Made by a program: the position numbers and the translations under genes. A model generated the notes under the pieces. It was not told where the DNA came from and did not search any database. It worked only from the letters and a program-made list of their open reading frames with translations. From NCBI GenBank assembly GCA_020353515.1, contig CP070695.1:839369-903368 (forward strand): a stretch of DNA of 64,000 nucleotides. The letters are read 5' to 3'. This DNA comes from Candidatus Heimdallarchaeota archaeon. GTDB lineage: Archaea > Asgardarchaeota > Heimdallarchaeia > Hodarchaeales > Hodarchaeaceae. Shown piece after piece: positions 1 through 10,329 of the stretch. Position 1 is the first letter of the stretch; every line of letters starts with the position of its first letter.

Positions 1-2
1 TA

Positions 3-1130
3 AAAAGACGAGAATTTTTCATAGATCATCTAAGAAAAGAACGTGTGGCTTTTAAACCCTCTCCGAAAAAGGTTTCGGCTATCTTTCCAGCATTGGTTTC
101 TGGACCTGAAGTATTTGGGTATATTGAGCTTAGTTTTCGTGATATTAAACGAGTTATGTATAAATTTCGAAATAATCCCATAACTCTAATATTTAGTGCT
201 AAAGAAAAAGAAAAACCAGTGGAATCTAAGATAAACACCAGTATTGATATAGCAAGTCTTGAAGAAAGAGGAATGACTAGAATTCCATGTTCAATAAACC
301 TTGGTGAATTATATGGGCAGATCACAGTGAGTGTAGAGGCTATTACTGCAACAAATGAAAGTCTTTTACCAATAAATTTCTCTTTCAAAGTAGTCCGAAA
401 GGATGAAATAGCAATAAATCCAAAAGAATTCTATGTTACAGGGAATTATGGTCTTGTAGAGTGTATTTTCCAAGCAGTTAATGAATCAAAAGATTCAGAG
501 AAAGGAGAACTCGAAGTTAATCTTGTAACTCAATCCTTATCGGATCCAGTTCCAATTTACTATACGAAATTTAATTTAAAACCAAAAGAAAATCTAGAAT
601 TAGCAAGAAGTATAGATCTATTGATTAATTATCAACATAGTCCCTTCTACATTGTGTCTCAAATCACAATCGGAAGAATGAAGAAGAATAGATCATTTAA
701 GACAATAGGACCGATAAAACCACTGAAAGAGATTTGTGTTGATTGGAATTTCACAGTAGACCCAACAAAACGAACTAATCTCTGGGAAGGAGTTGAACCA
801 AAGAAACAATATGAAGTAAATTTTGTTTTCCTGTTTATTAAATCAATGCCATATGCTACTATTACAATTCATGTGAATACCCTCCCTGGGGGACAAACGA
901 AACGATTAGCAAATTTTCGGATTAAAAGAGATCTTGATGCTGGAGACGAATTTGTTATCCCAAATATCAAGTTTAAAACACCAAAAGATTGTGGTTACCT
1001 CTTTTTTGATGTTGAAATACGAAATGAAATGGGATTAATTCCAATAGATCTCATTTCTGATCCAATTGGAGTCCAAAGTAAAGGTGAACAGGCGGCTACA
1101 TATGAAGAAAGACTTGATTTAACTTTATAA
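3..1130 (+). CDS. Hypothetical beta-rich protein (possibly tandem Ig/arrestin-like sandwiches), 5'-truncated by the window edge
   Basis: Frame is open from position 3 (KRREFFIDHLRKERVAF...), upstream of the GTG at 45 used by the ORF track. Alternating hydrophobic beta-strand patterns; no catalytic motif recognised. Confidence 0.6.
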   Translation, partial: KRREFFIDHLRKERVAFKPSPKKVSAIFPALVSGPEVFGYIELSFRDIKRVMYKFRNNPITLIFSAKEKEKPVESKINTSIDIASLEERGMTRIPCSINLGELYGQITVSVEAITATNESLLPINFSFKVVRKDEIAINPKEFYVTGNYGLVECIFQAVNESKDSEKGELEVNLVTQSLSDPVPIYYTKFNLKPKENLELARSIDLLINYQHSPFYIVSQITIGRMKKNRSFKTIGPIKPLKEICVDWNFTVDPTKRTNLWEGVEPKKQYEVNFVFLFIKSMPYATITIHVNTLPGGQTKRLANFRIKRDLDAGDEFVIPNIKFKTPKDCGYLFFDVEIRNEMGLIPIDLISDPIGVQSKGEQAATYEERLDLTL

Positions 1131-1252
1131 TTAAAAATTCGGATTTTTTCGAAATAAAATTAGCTTAAAAAAGATTAAGAATACTGATGTAGAAGAATGT
1201 TAGTTAAGAATTATACGAATTATTCACTAATTAAATTTGAAGAGGCATAATA

Positions 1253-2533
1253 ATGGTTAAACTTAATGTTGTAAATGTTGGGAAAATCGAAGGTCGTGCA
1301 TATTTACACCCGTCTGATATCAGTAGCGTTGGTGTTGAAGAGTTTGATTTCGTTAAAATTTCAACAGAATGGGAAGATTGGGGAGCAGTTCAAATCCTAT
1401 CATCTGATGAAGTCGCCAAGGGAACTATTGCTGTTGATGATAGTGTATTAAATTCAGCGAATATTTCAGATGGTGATTCTGTTGAAGTGGAGTCTGCAAA
1501 AATTGCAGCTGGTATTAAATCAATTAAACTCGGTATTGAACCACTAGCAGGACAAGAAGTCGAGGAGGCAATCCTATGGATCGCAACAGAATTTGAAGAA
1601 TTATCAACCGTGCTTCGTAATCGCCCAGTTTTCAATGGATTGCAGATTGCATGGGAAGATTGTCCGATTGGTAGTATAACAGTTCGATTCATGGGTTCTG
1701 AACCACCTATTCAAGAAGGTGAGATTGGAATTGTGGATCCAACAGGCAGAGAAGTCGAAATCAATATCATTCCGTTCACTGAGATGAGTTTTAATGCAGT
1801 TCTTGTTTTAGACGTGAGTGGGAGTATGCAAAAGAAAGATATGAAAGTTCAAAACATTAGCGGCGCTCTTGAGGGGTTGAAGAAAGGTTTAGAAGAAACT
1901 GAGGAATTAGGTTCTTTCCTTGGGAGATTTGAGGAAGGGAAAAAGGTCAGTCGAGTGGATGCTGCTAGTTTTGCAATCATGCTGTTTATGAGCTTAAAAA
2001 TCGCGAAAGGATGGGGTGAACAGGTTCAGCTTATTACATTCTCAGGAGATGTGGAAAAATTCTCTCTAGGTGACTCTCAAGTCATCTCCTGCGTTGGAGA
2101 AACCAAAAAAGCTGGTATTGAAAGTATTATTGGTCATGTCGTTCAGAAAACCGCAGAAAGTTCGGGCCTAACCTTCTTGAGTGGTGCTCTCGATGAAGCG
2201 TACAAAAGCATAGAGAATTTCGAAGTGAATCCAACAATAAACAAGCGAAATCCCACGATGATAATAGTCTTAACTGATGGTAATCCCAATAAAGGTAATG
2301 GCCTCGGAGTAAATCCAATTCCTATAGTCCGAAATAAAATTGAGGAAATTCCTGAAGCGGTTCTCTACGCAATTGGTCTAGGAGAAGCTGATAGATTGAT
2401 GCTACGTCGTGTAGGTGAGATTGGTCGGGGTGGATCATTGATGGCAGATGATTTAGAGATGCTCGTGGACTTCTATGATTCACTGGCTCAGAATTTCCAA
2501 ATGGTCGTAAAGATGAAGAAACAGGCTGAATAA
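1253..2533 (+). CDS. CDC48/VAT N-domain-like (double-psi barrel) + von Willebrand factor A fusion protein
   Basis: N-terminus GRAYLHPSDISSVGVEEFDFVKI...KGTIAVDDSVLNSANISDGDSVEV follows the CDC48_N pattern. C-terminal part has the MIDAS motif LDVSGSM plus GLTFL, VLTDG and YAIGLG. No Walker A. Confidence 0.75.
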   Translation: MVKLNVVNVGKIEGRAYLHPSDISSVGVEEFDFVKISTEWEDWGAVQILSSDEVAKGTIAVDDSVLNSANISDGDSVEVESAKIAAGIKSIKLGIEPLAGQEVEEAILWIATEFEELSTVLRNRPVFNGLQIAWEDCPIGSITVRFMGSEPPIQEGEIGIVDPTGREVEINIIPFTEMSFNAVLVLDVSGSMQKKDMKVQNISGALEGLKKGLEETEELGSFLGRFEEGKKVSRVDAASFAIMLFMSLKIAKGWGEQVQLITFSGDVEKFSLGDSQVISCVGETKKAGIESIIGHVVQKTAESSGLTFLSGALDEAYKSIENFEVNPTINKRNPTMIIVLTDGNPNKGNGLGVNPIPIVRNKIEEIPEAVLYAIGLGEADRLMLRRVGEIGRGGSLMADDLEMLVDFYDSLAQNFQMVVKMKKQAE

Positions 2534-2595
2534 ACATTATTAATCGACCTCTTTTTTCTTCTTTTAGACATAGATTTCTATATACATAGAACAAA

Positions 2596-2994
2596 GTGAG
2601 CCAAGTGCTCAATACTAAGGTACTTTCATTCCTTTCAGAGTTCATAGAATATTGTAATGAACTTGGTGAAGAAGCCCTTATTATTGTTGAAGGGAAAAAT
2701 GATAGTAAAACACTTCGTTTATTAGGTTTAACAGGGAATATCATCGAAAAGGGGCAGAAATCTAACAATAATTTAGTGGACATTGTTTTTAATGCCCCCA
2801 TTATTGTAATTTTGACCGACTTCGACCGTAAAGGACGACATTTACGTAAAGTAATTAGAAAAGAGATTCAAAGCAGGAAAAATCATGGTAAAATCGATAA
2901 TTATGCCAGACAACTACTATATAAATTGTGTAGAGCTTATAGAATCAATGAAATAGAGGATCTTGATCGCTTTGTTACAAATGTTCAGAGGTAA
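2596..2994 (+). CDS. Small TOPRIM-domain protein (primase/RNase M5-like)
   Basis: IIVEGKND and ILTDFDRKG TOPRIM motifs. Confidence 0.85.
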   Translation: MSQVLNTKVLSFLSEFIEYCNELGEEALIIVEGKNDSKTLRLLGLTGNIIEKGQKSNNNLVDIVFNAPIIVILTDFDRKGRHLRKVIRKEIQSRKNHGKIDNYARQLLYKLCRAYRINEIEDLDRFVTNVQR

Positions 2995-3125
2995 TTCTAA
3001 AAGTTATTTTAGAGCACGATTATAATGAACACAAAGAATTAAAACCATTCATCATCACTTTTGGAATATTATTCATGACAATTTATTCTGTTAAGAATTC
3101 TTACTACATCGTTGAGGTATCTTAA

Positions 3126-4205
3126 ATGCAAGCTATCATGAAAACAAAACAAGAAAAAGGCTTTGAAATTAAGGAAACAAAGGAACCTGAAGTTTTACAT
3201 GGAACAGATGTAAAATTTAAAATAGACGTTGCTTCTATCTGTGGAACCGACCATCATATGTGGGTATATGACGCATGGGCCCAAAAGAGACTCCCACCAG
3301 CTATTCCATTTATTGCTGGGCATGAAGTCGGAGGTACAGTCGTTGAAATCGGTCCTGATGTAATAAACATTGAAGTGGGAGACAAAATTTCAATGGAATG
3401 TCATGAGGCTTGTGGAACTTGCTATCAATGCCGATCTGACCGAATGCATATTTGTAGAAATACAAAAATATTTGGAGTCGATAAGAATGGTATTTTTGGG
3501 GAGTATGCTGTAATTCCCGAATTGAATGCGTGGAAAAATGATCCTGATTTGGATCCCGCCCTTGCGTCACTCCAAGATCCCCTTGGTAACGCAGTCCATA
3601 CCGTTCTACCCAAAGGATTAACTGCAGATGAAGGGATAGCTGGGAAAAATGTGTTCATCGCAGGATGTGGACCTATAGGATTAATGTCTATTCCAGTTGT
3701 TAAGATGTTTGGGGCAGCTCAAGTATTTGCGAGTGGTGGGGGAAGAAATATGCAGAGACTTGAAATGGCTAAGCAATTAGGAGCTGATATGGTGCTCAAC
3801 GCTCGGGAAGAAGGAGATAAAATTCCCAGAATAGTAAGGGATGCAACTGATGGAAATGGAGTGGATGTTTTACTTGAGATGTCTGGTAATGTCCACGCTC
3901 TTCGTCAAGGATTAGAAGCATTAACTTATGGAGGTCGGGTTTCATTATTAGGCTTCTTTCCTGGTCCCATCGAATTCGATATTAATACATTGATGGTAAG
4001 TAAAGGAGCTAGCGTTTATGGAATTGCTGGTAGACGCATGTTCCAAACTTGGCAAGTTATGAGAGGTATTTTAAAGTCTAACGAATTTCAGAAACAGTTA
4101 AAGAAATTAATAACCCACCGGGTACAAATGACTGAATGGGAGAAAGGAATGATCGAGATAGACGAGAAAAGAGCTATCAAAGTTGTAATGGATCCGTTTA
4201 AATGA
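3126..4205 (+). CDS. tdh: L-threonine 3-dehydrogenase (Zn-dependent MDR family)
   Basis: SICGTD, GHE, structural Zn CGTCYQC...C, DPLGNAVHT, GCGPIG, LEMSG and GIAGRRMFQTW signatures. Confidence 0.88.
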   Translation: MQAIMKTKQEKGFEIKETKEPEVLHGTDVKFKIDVASICGTDHHMWVYDAWAQKRLPPAIPFIAGHEVGGTVVEIGPDVINIEVGDKISMECHEACGTCYQCRSDRMHICRNTKIFGVDKNGIFGEYAVIPELNAWKNDPDLDPALASLQDPLGNAVHTVLPKGLTADEGIAGKNVFIAGCGPIGLMSIPVVKMFGAAQVFASGGGRNMQRLEMAKQLGADMVLNAREEGDKIPRIVRDATDGNGVDVLLEMSGNVHALRQGLEALTYGGRVSLLGFFPGPIEFDINTLMVSKGASVYGIAGRRMFQTWQVMRGILKSNEFQKQLKKLITHRVQMTEWEKGMIEIDEKRAIKVVMDPFK

Positions 4206-4213
4206 TCAAAGGT

Positions 4214-4561
4214 TTACTTCCCCAAAAACCTTTGTAATAACCCTTTTTTCTTGAAGTGTTTGTGCCATTGGCGAAGTATTTCATCACTACAATCGTAAGG
4301 GCCTGTTAACGCATAAAATTCTATTCCTGTATTCACAGAGAGTTTTCTTAAGTATTCACGATCAAGCTGCGATTCAGTAATTATAAAAGTCTTTATTTTG
4401 TTACCTAAATTAAAGAAAGTTAAGCGATAACCCTCTTTTATCTTCTGCATCTCACAATAATGATTTCTGCTAGATGGAACTTGAAAACGAACTTTATGAT
4501 TACTAGGCACCACAAAGACACATCTATCCATTAATCTAAAAAAACTTGTTCTTCTGAACAC
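4214..4561 (-). CDS. Hypothetical protein
   Basis: 115-aa ORF filling the gap between tdh and the next gene; no motif recognised. Confidence 0.55.
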   Translation of the reverse strand: MFRRTSFFRLMDRCVFVVPSNHKVRFQVPSSRNHYCEMQKIKEGYRLTFFNLGNKIKTFIITESQLDREYLRKLSVNTGIEFYALTGPYDCSDEILRQWHKHFKKKGLLQRFLGK

Positions 4562-4704
4562 ACATTTATTTAGGGAAAATCCATTTCGAGATTAGAATTC
4601 AACATTCGCAAACAATAAAAAACAACTATTTTATTCATACAGCAATAGAATAAATAGCTCCTTTAAAAGAATAATAGTTTCCGAGGGATTAATTTGGTAT
4701 ATGG

Positions 4705-7700
4705 GTGATTTTATTGTCAGAAGTTCAGAAGGCGTTAACAAAAGCAAAAGAAAATGAACAAGAAGGTAGCTTTGATAAAGCTGCTCGTAATTACTATAAT
4801 GCCGGTAAGCTGACAAACGATATCAGACTCTATAATAGAGCCTTTTTTACTGCAAGGAAATCAGGCCGTTCTGATCTAATGTTTGAAACCGCAAAAAGTT
4901 ATCATGAAATGTTAGATCAAGAAGAGGAACAAGCGAAAATTAAGGAATTGTTACCTACTTTCTTAGAAATTTCGGGGCGTGAACGTGATCGATTGGCTAA
5001 AGAAGCTCCTGAGGAAATGGTTGGAGTCTTAGATTGGACTGTTTCTCTCTTTCAACTTGTTGGTAAGCCAGAAGCAGCCTACGATTTTTCAATACAAACA
5101 GGAGATGCTTATTTCTCCTTTGGGCAGCAATTATTGGCTTCTACTTCTCTTCTAGGGAAGGAAGAAAAATGGCAAAGAGGTTTAGATTTATTTGATAAAG
5201 CGATTGAAGCTTATCAAAGAATAAAAACAGATACACAATCACTAGAGAAAATTCTCGAAGTTAAGCTTGACAGAATAGGAAAATTAATTGATATTGGTCG
5301 TCACGCAGAAGGTATCGAAGGGACAACAAGTTTGATGGATTACTATAATTCTCAATCAGATATTGTCCCGTATTCCCGAGAAGTTCTTTCTTCAAAAGTA
5401 GCTGAAATTTTCTCTGAAAAAAGTCTTAATGCTGCTCAGGAAAAGAAGTTTGACATTGCAGAAGTATTGAGGAAGACAACGAAAGCAGGATTTGAGAACG
5501 CAAGAAAATTTACCGAGATTTCTCCATTCTTTTGGCAACTTGCATTGATCTACGATGATCAAAATCAAAAAGATCTCTTTTTTTCTCTTGTAGACAACAC
5601 TTTTGACGTAGCTCTGAAGTATGAGGATAATTCGATTCAACAAGCGATTCTGAAGTATCTAGATGAACGATTCAAGAATATATGCGAAAATATCATCAGC
5701 TCCCGTCTTCTCATGGTTAAGAAAGGTTCTATTGAATTCCAAACTAATGAGGGGATACAATATATCCTAAAAAGTATAGATTTAGCAAAAATAATCAGTA
5801 ATGATGAAATCATTGAAGAAACTCTTAGATTCCTTTATAATTATGGTCAGAGAATGTACGAAAAGAAATTAACAAAACGATCTCTTCCCTACTTTGAATT
5901 CTGTGCTCAGAATTGGTGGACTTTACATGAGGGATCTAGTCAGACACATGAGATTATTAACTATTTAGAATCAAAATTTGGATCTTTGATAACCGAAGGT
6001 AAGTTTAAAGATGCCTCAAGGCACCTTGGAAGCATCATATCAATCAAAATATTTATTGGAGACTCTGAAAGTGCTGGTACTTCTGCTTTCTCATTTGCAA
6101 AGACAGCAGGCGAACAAGGAAAACAAAAAATAGAGTTGGAGTTTTTAGAACATGCATACGATGGTTTTGTTGCAGCAAAAGCAACACCTAAATTACAAGA
6201 AATGCTAACTTACGTAAACCATCAAATGGAACCATTATTCAACCTTGATTCGAAATCACAAAAACCTAGAGAGAAATTCATTGAATTAGGTGACGTAATC
6301 TCTGCATCAATCTCTGAAGAAACTCAAGGGGGATTTCTTCAAGCAACTACTTTCAAAGCTCTTAATACTGGACTAATTGACTTGGGAATTAGAACTGTTG
6401 ATGATGCCTTTGAAATACTAAAGAAATACGATGCTAAAGAAGCTGCAGAGATATACTTTAAGGTTGGTTCCATCTTAGGAGAGAATAATATAGAGAAATC
6501 ACTTGAATTTATTGATAAATCTACTCAATTTGCAGTCGAGAATGGATCATTAGGAGAGGTTGTTGACCGAAATCTAACTTATCTTGAGGAACAAACTCTC
6601 GCAATACCAGTTTTATCTCTGAAACTGCTTCTTACAGAGAAGTTAGAATTACTAACTGGAGTTGCAAAGAAACCTGAAAGATATAATGATTTTCTTTTTA
6701 ACTTAACAAAACATCTTGCTGAGAAGGCTACTCAACCAGATTTCTTTAATGAAACCAAGAATTTTCTTTCAAAATCATTTTATGGGTATCATAATCAAGA
6801 TCCTAATCACTCAAAGCTAGCTGATATAATTACTTGGACGAATAATCATATTCTCGATGAATATACAGAAACACAACATGCCCAAATGTATGAGCTAGCT
6901 ATTGTGAATTTAGCTTTTCACGAAACATTAAAACAAGCTCAAGAATACCTCAACTTTTATTGGCAACTTTTTAATAAATTTGTTTCTAAAGAAGATTTTT
7001 CCCATGGTATTGCTTACTTTAAGCAAACTCATGAAACCTTAATACGCATGAATGAACCAACTAAGTCTATCACTGAATTTACAGGGCAAGTTGTTGCAAG
7101 TCTTGATCGTGGAATTAAACCAAAAATAGCAGATGAAAAATTTGATGAAGCTTGGCCTCTTATTGAAGGACTCTTCTCAATTCTTTCTGAAGCAGGGGTA
7201 TCCTCCCAAGCAGTGAGCTTGTATCAAACAAATAGCCAACTTTTTGCTCCCCATCGTTTAGATCTAGCCTTAACAATGTGGAATCAAGCTATTGACACTG
7301 CTAAAACAATAAATGATACCGAGGCCATAAATGCAATAGTAAAGACCATTGTTGATGAAACTATCCCTGTATATGTTGAAAAAGGAATCCCTGGTGCTGT
7401 CAATCAATTATATTCAGCAGCAGCCTCAGGTTATCATGCGCTAGGAAATACAGCTGCTATGTTGGATACAATGTTAAACGTTACTAGATATAATCTATCT
7501 ATTAGTGATTTCGAAGCAGTTCACCAATTAGGCGTAAAAGGGTTTGAATTAGCAACTAAATCGAAGAATGACGAATTTTTATTCGAATTCTCCAATATGT
7601 TCTTTGCTATAGGAAGTGGTTTATTAGCAGAAGATCCTGAAATAGGTATTCAGTTAATAAAAACTGCTTCAGATTATCTGAGAGGCTATGGTCCTTCAGG

Positions 7701-8199
7701 CCAAGACCATTATCTTATTAAAATGGCAGAAATCTTTGAACCATTGCATAATTCTCCTTTAACACAAAAAGTAGCTCAAAGTGAGCGTACAAAGATTCTT
7801 CAGTACTTTCAGGAAACAGGAAAAAGAGTTGAAGAAGGAAAATTTCTTGTTACGACTGCAAAATTAAGTTTTCAAGCTGGAAATGTCAATGAAGGATTAG
7901 ACTTAATTTCCCAAGCGACTGGAATTTTAAAAGAACTTGAGGATGAAGATGGTTTAAGTGAGATTGTAAGTGTCTGTTTAAAAGCTGCTACAAACTATCG
8001 TGTAGGAACAGATGAGTACATAGCTCTATCCCGTCATGCAGCCAGTGTCCAAGAGACAGCTACAGTCGAAATTTCAGATGAGAAAACCCAAGAAGCATTT
8101 GGAGACCTTTTTGAAGGATTATTAGATGATATGACAAGCTTAATGGATCCTGTAGAACGAGAAAGAAGAAAGAAAGAAAAAGAAAGAAAAAAGAGATAA
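4705..8199 (+). CDS. Large alpha-solenoid (TPR/alpha-SNAP-like repeat) protein
   Basis: 1164 aa of helical repeats (e.g. DKAARNYYNAG, AAEIYFKVG, GLDLISQA); acidic then basic C-terminal tail. Confidence 0.7.
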   Translation: MILLSEVQKALTKAKENEQEGSFDKAARNYYNAGKLTNDIRLYNRAFFTARKSGRSDLMFETAKSYHEMLDQEEEQAKIKELLPTFLEISGRERDRLAKEAPEEMVGVLDWTVSLFQLVGKPEAAYDFSIQTGDAYFSFGQQLLASTSLLGKEEKWQRGLDLFDKAIEAYQRIKTDTQSLEKILEVKLDRIGKLIDIGRHAEGIEGTTSLMDYYNSQSDIVPYSREVLSSKVAEIFSEKSLNAAQEKKFDIAEVLRKTTKAGFENARKFTEISPFFWQLALIYDDQNQKDLFFSLVDNTFDVALKYEDNSIQQAILKYLDERFKNICENIISSRLLMVKKGSIEFQTNEGIQYILKSIDLAKIISNDEIIEETLRFLYNYGQRMYEKKLTKRSLPYFEFCAQNWWTLHEGSSQTHEIINYLESKFGSLITEGKFKDASRHLGSIISIKIFIGDSESAGTSAFSFAKTAGEQGKQKIELEFLEHAYDGFVAAKATPKLQEMLTYVNHQMEPLFNLDSKSQKPREKFIELGDVISASISEETQGGFLQATTFKALNTGLIDLGIRTVDDAFEILKKYDAKEAAEIYFKVGSILGENNIEKSLEFIDKSTQFAVENGSLGEVVDRNLTYLEEQTLAIPVLSLKLLLTEKLELLTGVAKKPERYNDFLFNLTKHLAEKATQPDFFNETKNFLSKSFYGYHNQDPNHSKLADIITWTNNHILDEYTETQHAQMYELAIVNLAFHETLKQAQEYLNFYWQLFNKFVSKEDFSHGIAYFKQTHETLIRMNEPTKSITEFTGQVVASLDRGIKPKIADEKFDEAWPLIEGLFSILSEAGVSSQAVSLYQTNSQLFAPHRLDLALTMWNQAIDTAKTINDTEAINAIVKTIVDETIPVYVEKGIPGAVNQLYSAAASGYHALGNTAAMLDTMLNVTRYNLSISDFEAVHQLGVKGFELATKSKNDEFLFEFSNMFFAIGSGLLAEDPEIGIQLIKTASDYLRGYGPSGQDHYLIKMAEIFEPLHNSPLTQKVAQSERTKILQYFQETGKRVEEGKFLVTTAKLSFQAGNVNEGLDLISQATGILKELEDEDGLSEIVSVCLKAATNYRVGTDEYIALSRHAASVQETATVEISDEKTQEAFGDLFEGLLDDMTSLMDPVERERRKKEKERKKR

Positions 8200-8298
8200 C
8201 TAAGTTGGTATGAAAGACACAAACATTTTATCACAATTTTTTTTAATCTAAAAACATCTGAAATAATTTACATTAGACATTGTTTCGTTGTGATTTAG

Positions 8299-9762
8299 AT
8301 GGAGTTAGGTACTTCGACGTACAAACCAGCCAGATTTCAAAAATTTAATTGGTCAATCGCCCGATTTGGCGATTCTATAATGGGAAATGTTCTTTCTATT
8401 TTCGTGATCCTTTATTATTTAGAAGAGGTATTAACTCAGCCCTCAAATTTTGATGCCCTTTTAGTTACAATGATTACATTTTCAGCAAAATTGTCTGAAG
8501 GTTTAATGAATGTACCAGTTGCACGTATATCTGATAACATCAGGACTAGATGGGGTAGAAGACGTCCATTTCTTCTTTTAGCGCCAGTGTGGAGCTTTTT
8601 CTTCATTCTTGTTTTTTGGTGTCCTTTTACGGAAGATCAGGTTCCATTAATTCTATTATGGTTATTAATTAGTTATGGTGGATTTCGATGGAGTAATGCT
8701 GCCGTTATAAATCCTCATCTAGCATTATTACCTGAAATTGCTCCAGAAAAACATCAGCGAACAGATTATCAAGCTTATAAAACGATTTTTCAATTATCAG
8801 GCACAATAATCGGAGTATTAATCTTTCCTATCCTCAGGGGTATTGTTGCGACTATCATGGGAATTGATAATCGTACAACTGCAGTGATAGCAACAATCCC
8901 GCTTGGAATCATTGCATTTTTAGGAATGATGATAAGTTTTTTTGGTATCAGAGAAAATGAAAATGCTAGTTTAACCCATTTCGGTATGATTGAATCTTTC
9001 AAAACGACATTTAAAAATAATTCATTTTTCCCAAGTTACTTAGCAACTGCGGCAACTGTCATGTTAGCAGAAGCTATGCTTCTTGCAGCTATTCCAATGA
9101 TTGGAGTAAACGCTATTGGTTTACAACCAGATGACATAATGGTTTCTCTTTTATCTGGTTTATTTGTTATTACTGCGATTGGCGTCGTTCCTCTTATTGT
9201 TTATATTTCAAAACGAGTTGGGAAAGCACGATTATTTTACTATTGTTTTCTTTTCTTCGGAGTGTTCTCATGGTTAACTATATTAATCGGTCAAATTCCT
9301 ATTATAACTCCTATAAATACTATTCAATTCACTCCAATAGAGGGGGGGTATGAACTAGTCACTAGTCCCGATTGGCGAAATTTTGTTATAATCCAGACAC
9401 TTTTGACGGTATTTTTAGTTGGAATCCCTGTTGGTGGAGTGATTCTTCTTCAATATTCTGTTTTCGCAGATGTAATCGATGTAGATGAAGAAATGACTGG
9501 TCAAAGAAGAGAGTCAATGTATTTTGCTTCCCAAGGAGTTGTAGACTGGTTTTTTGCTGCGTGCGGAGACCTAATGCTTGGGATTCTACTTTTTCTGTTC
9601 GGTAGAGAATACTATTCTTCTACTATCGCGACAGAAGCAGGAATATTTGGTACTGGGCCCCTAGGTTTGTTATTGACTGGCCCAGTAGCGGGTACGATCT
9701 TAATTTTAGGCGCTTTTATGTTCCGTCGTTATCCTCTGATGGAAGGAAAAGAGAAAAAATAG
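8299..9762 (+). CDS. MFS transporter, glycoside-pentoside-hexuronide (MelB-like) family
   Basis: About 12 hydrophobic segments; SDNIRTRWGRRRPF and ADVIDVDEEMTGQRRESMYF motifs. Confidence 0.88.
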   Translation: MELGTSTYKPARFQKFNWSIARFGDSIMGNVLSIFVILYYLEEVLTQPSNFDALLVTMITFSAKLSEGLMNVPVARISDNIRTRWGRRRPFLLLAPVWSFFFILVFWCPFTEDQVPLILLWLLISYGGFRWSNAAVINPHLALLPEIAPEKHQRTDYQAYKTIFQLSGTIIGVLIFPILRGIVATIMGIDNRTTAVIATIPLGIIAFLGMMISFFGIRENENASLTHFGMIESFKTTFKNNSFFPSYLATAATVMLAEAMLLAAIPMIGVNAIGLQPDDIMVSLLSGLFVITAIGVVPLIVYISKRVGKARLFYYCFLFFGVFSWLTILIGQIPIITPINTIQFTPIEGGYELVTSPDWRNFVIIQTLLTVFLVGIPVGGVILLQYSVFADVIDVDEEMTGQRRESMYFASQGVVDWFFAACGDLMLGILLFLFGREYYSSTIATEAGIFGTGPLGLLLTGPVAGTILILGAFMFRRYPLMEGKEKK

Positions 9763-9803
9763 AGATTCTTTCAGTATGAGTCAATTCATGTAGGGAATTA
9801 ACT

Positions 9804-10319
9804 CTGAGAAGTTCAAAGTTCAAAAGAATTCGAGAACAGCTTCAATTTTGTAATATTTCGGGGGGAGTTTGGATTGATGCTGGTTGTGGGAAGGGTACAT
9901 ATACTCTTCCATTGGCAACTCTTGTTTCTCGAGTAATTGCTATCGACAACAACCGATCTGATATTTCCTTTCTTCGAGCTCAACTCCCCCAAAAAACCAA
10001 TATTATTGTTTCTGAAAAAGATTTCACTAAAGATGTTCTTTCTCAAGACTTTGTTGATGGTGTATTATTCGGTTTTTCTTTACATTATCAACCTAACTCT
10101 ATCCCAGCATTAAGAAATGCCTTCAATCATCTGAAACCTAATGGTAGTATCATAATTTTTGAGTATACTCGTGATAAACCTTTACCTTGGGTTCCCTTCC
10201 CTATTCCTGAAATAAAATTAACTGAATCACTAAAAAAAATTGGATTCAGAGAAATTGAGACAATAATACAGAAAAGACGTTTTTATGTTATTCATGGTAA
10301 AAAAGTAATGAAAAAATAG
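9804..10319 (+). CDS. Class I SAM-dependent methyltransferase (start upstream of the ORF-track TTG, probably CTG at 9804)
   Basis: Frame is open from 9780 and encodes motif I WIDAGCGKG upstream of 9912; SLHY and LKPNGSIIIFE follow. No in-frame ATG/GTG/TTG before motif I; AGGGA precedes CTG 9804. Confidence 0.75.
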   Translation: MRSSKFKRIREQLQFCNISGGVWIDAGCGKGTYTLPLATLVSRVIAIDNNRSDISFLRAQLPQKTNIIVSEKDFTKDVLSQDFVDGVLFGFSLHYQPNSIPALRNAFNHLKPNGSIIIFEYTRDKPLPWVPFPIPEIKLTESLKKIGFREIETIIQKRRFYVIHGKKVMKK

Positions 10320-10329
10320 TCATTATCAA

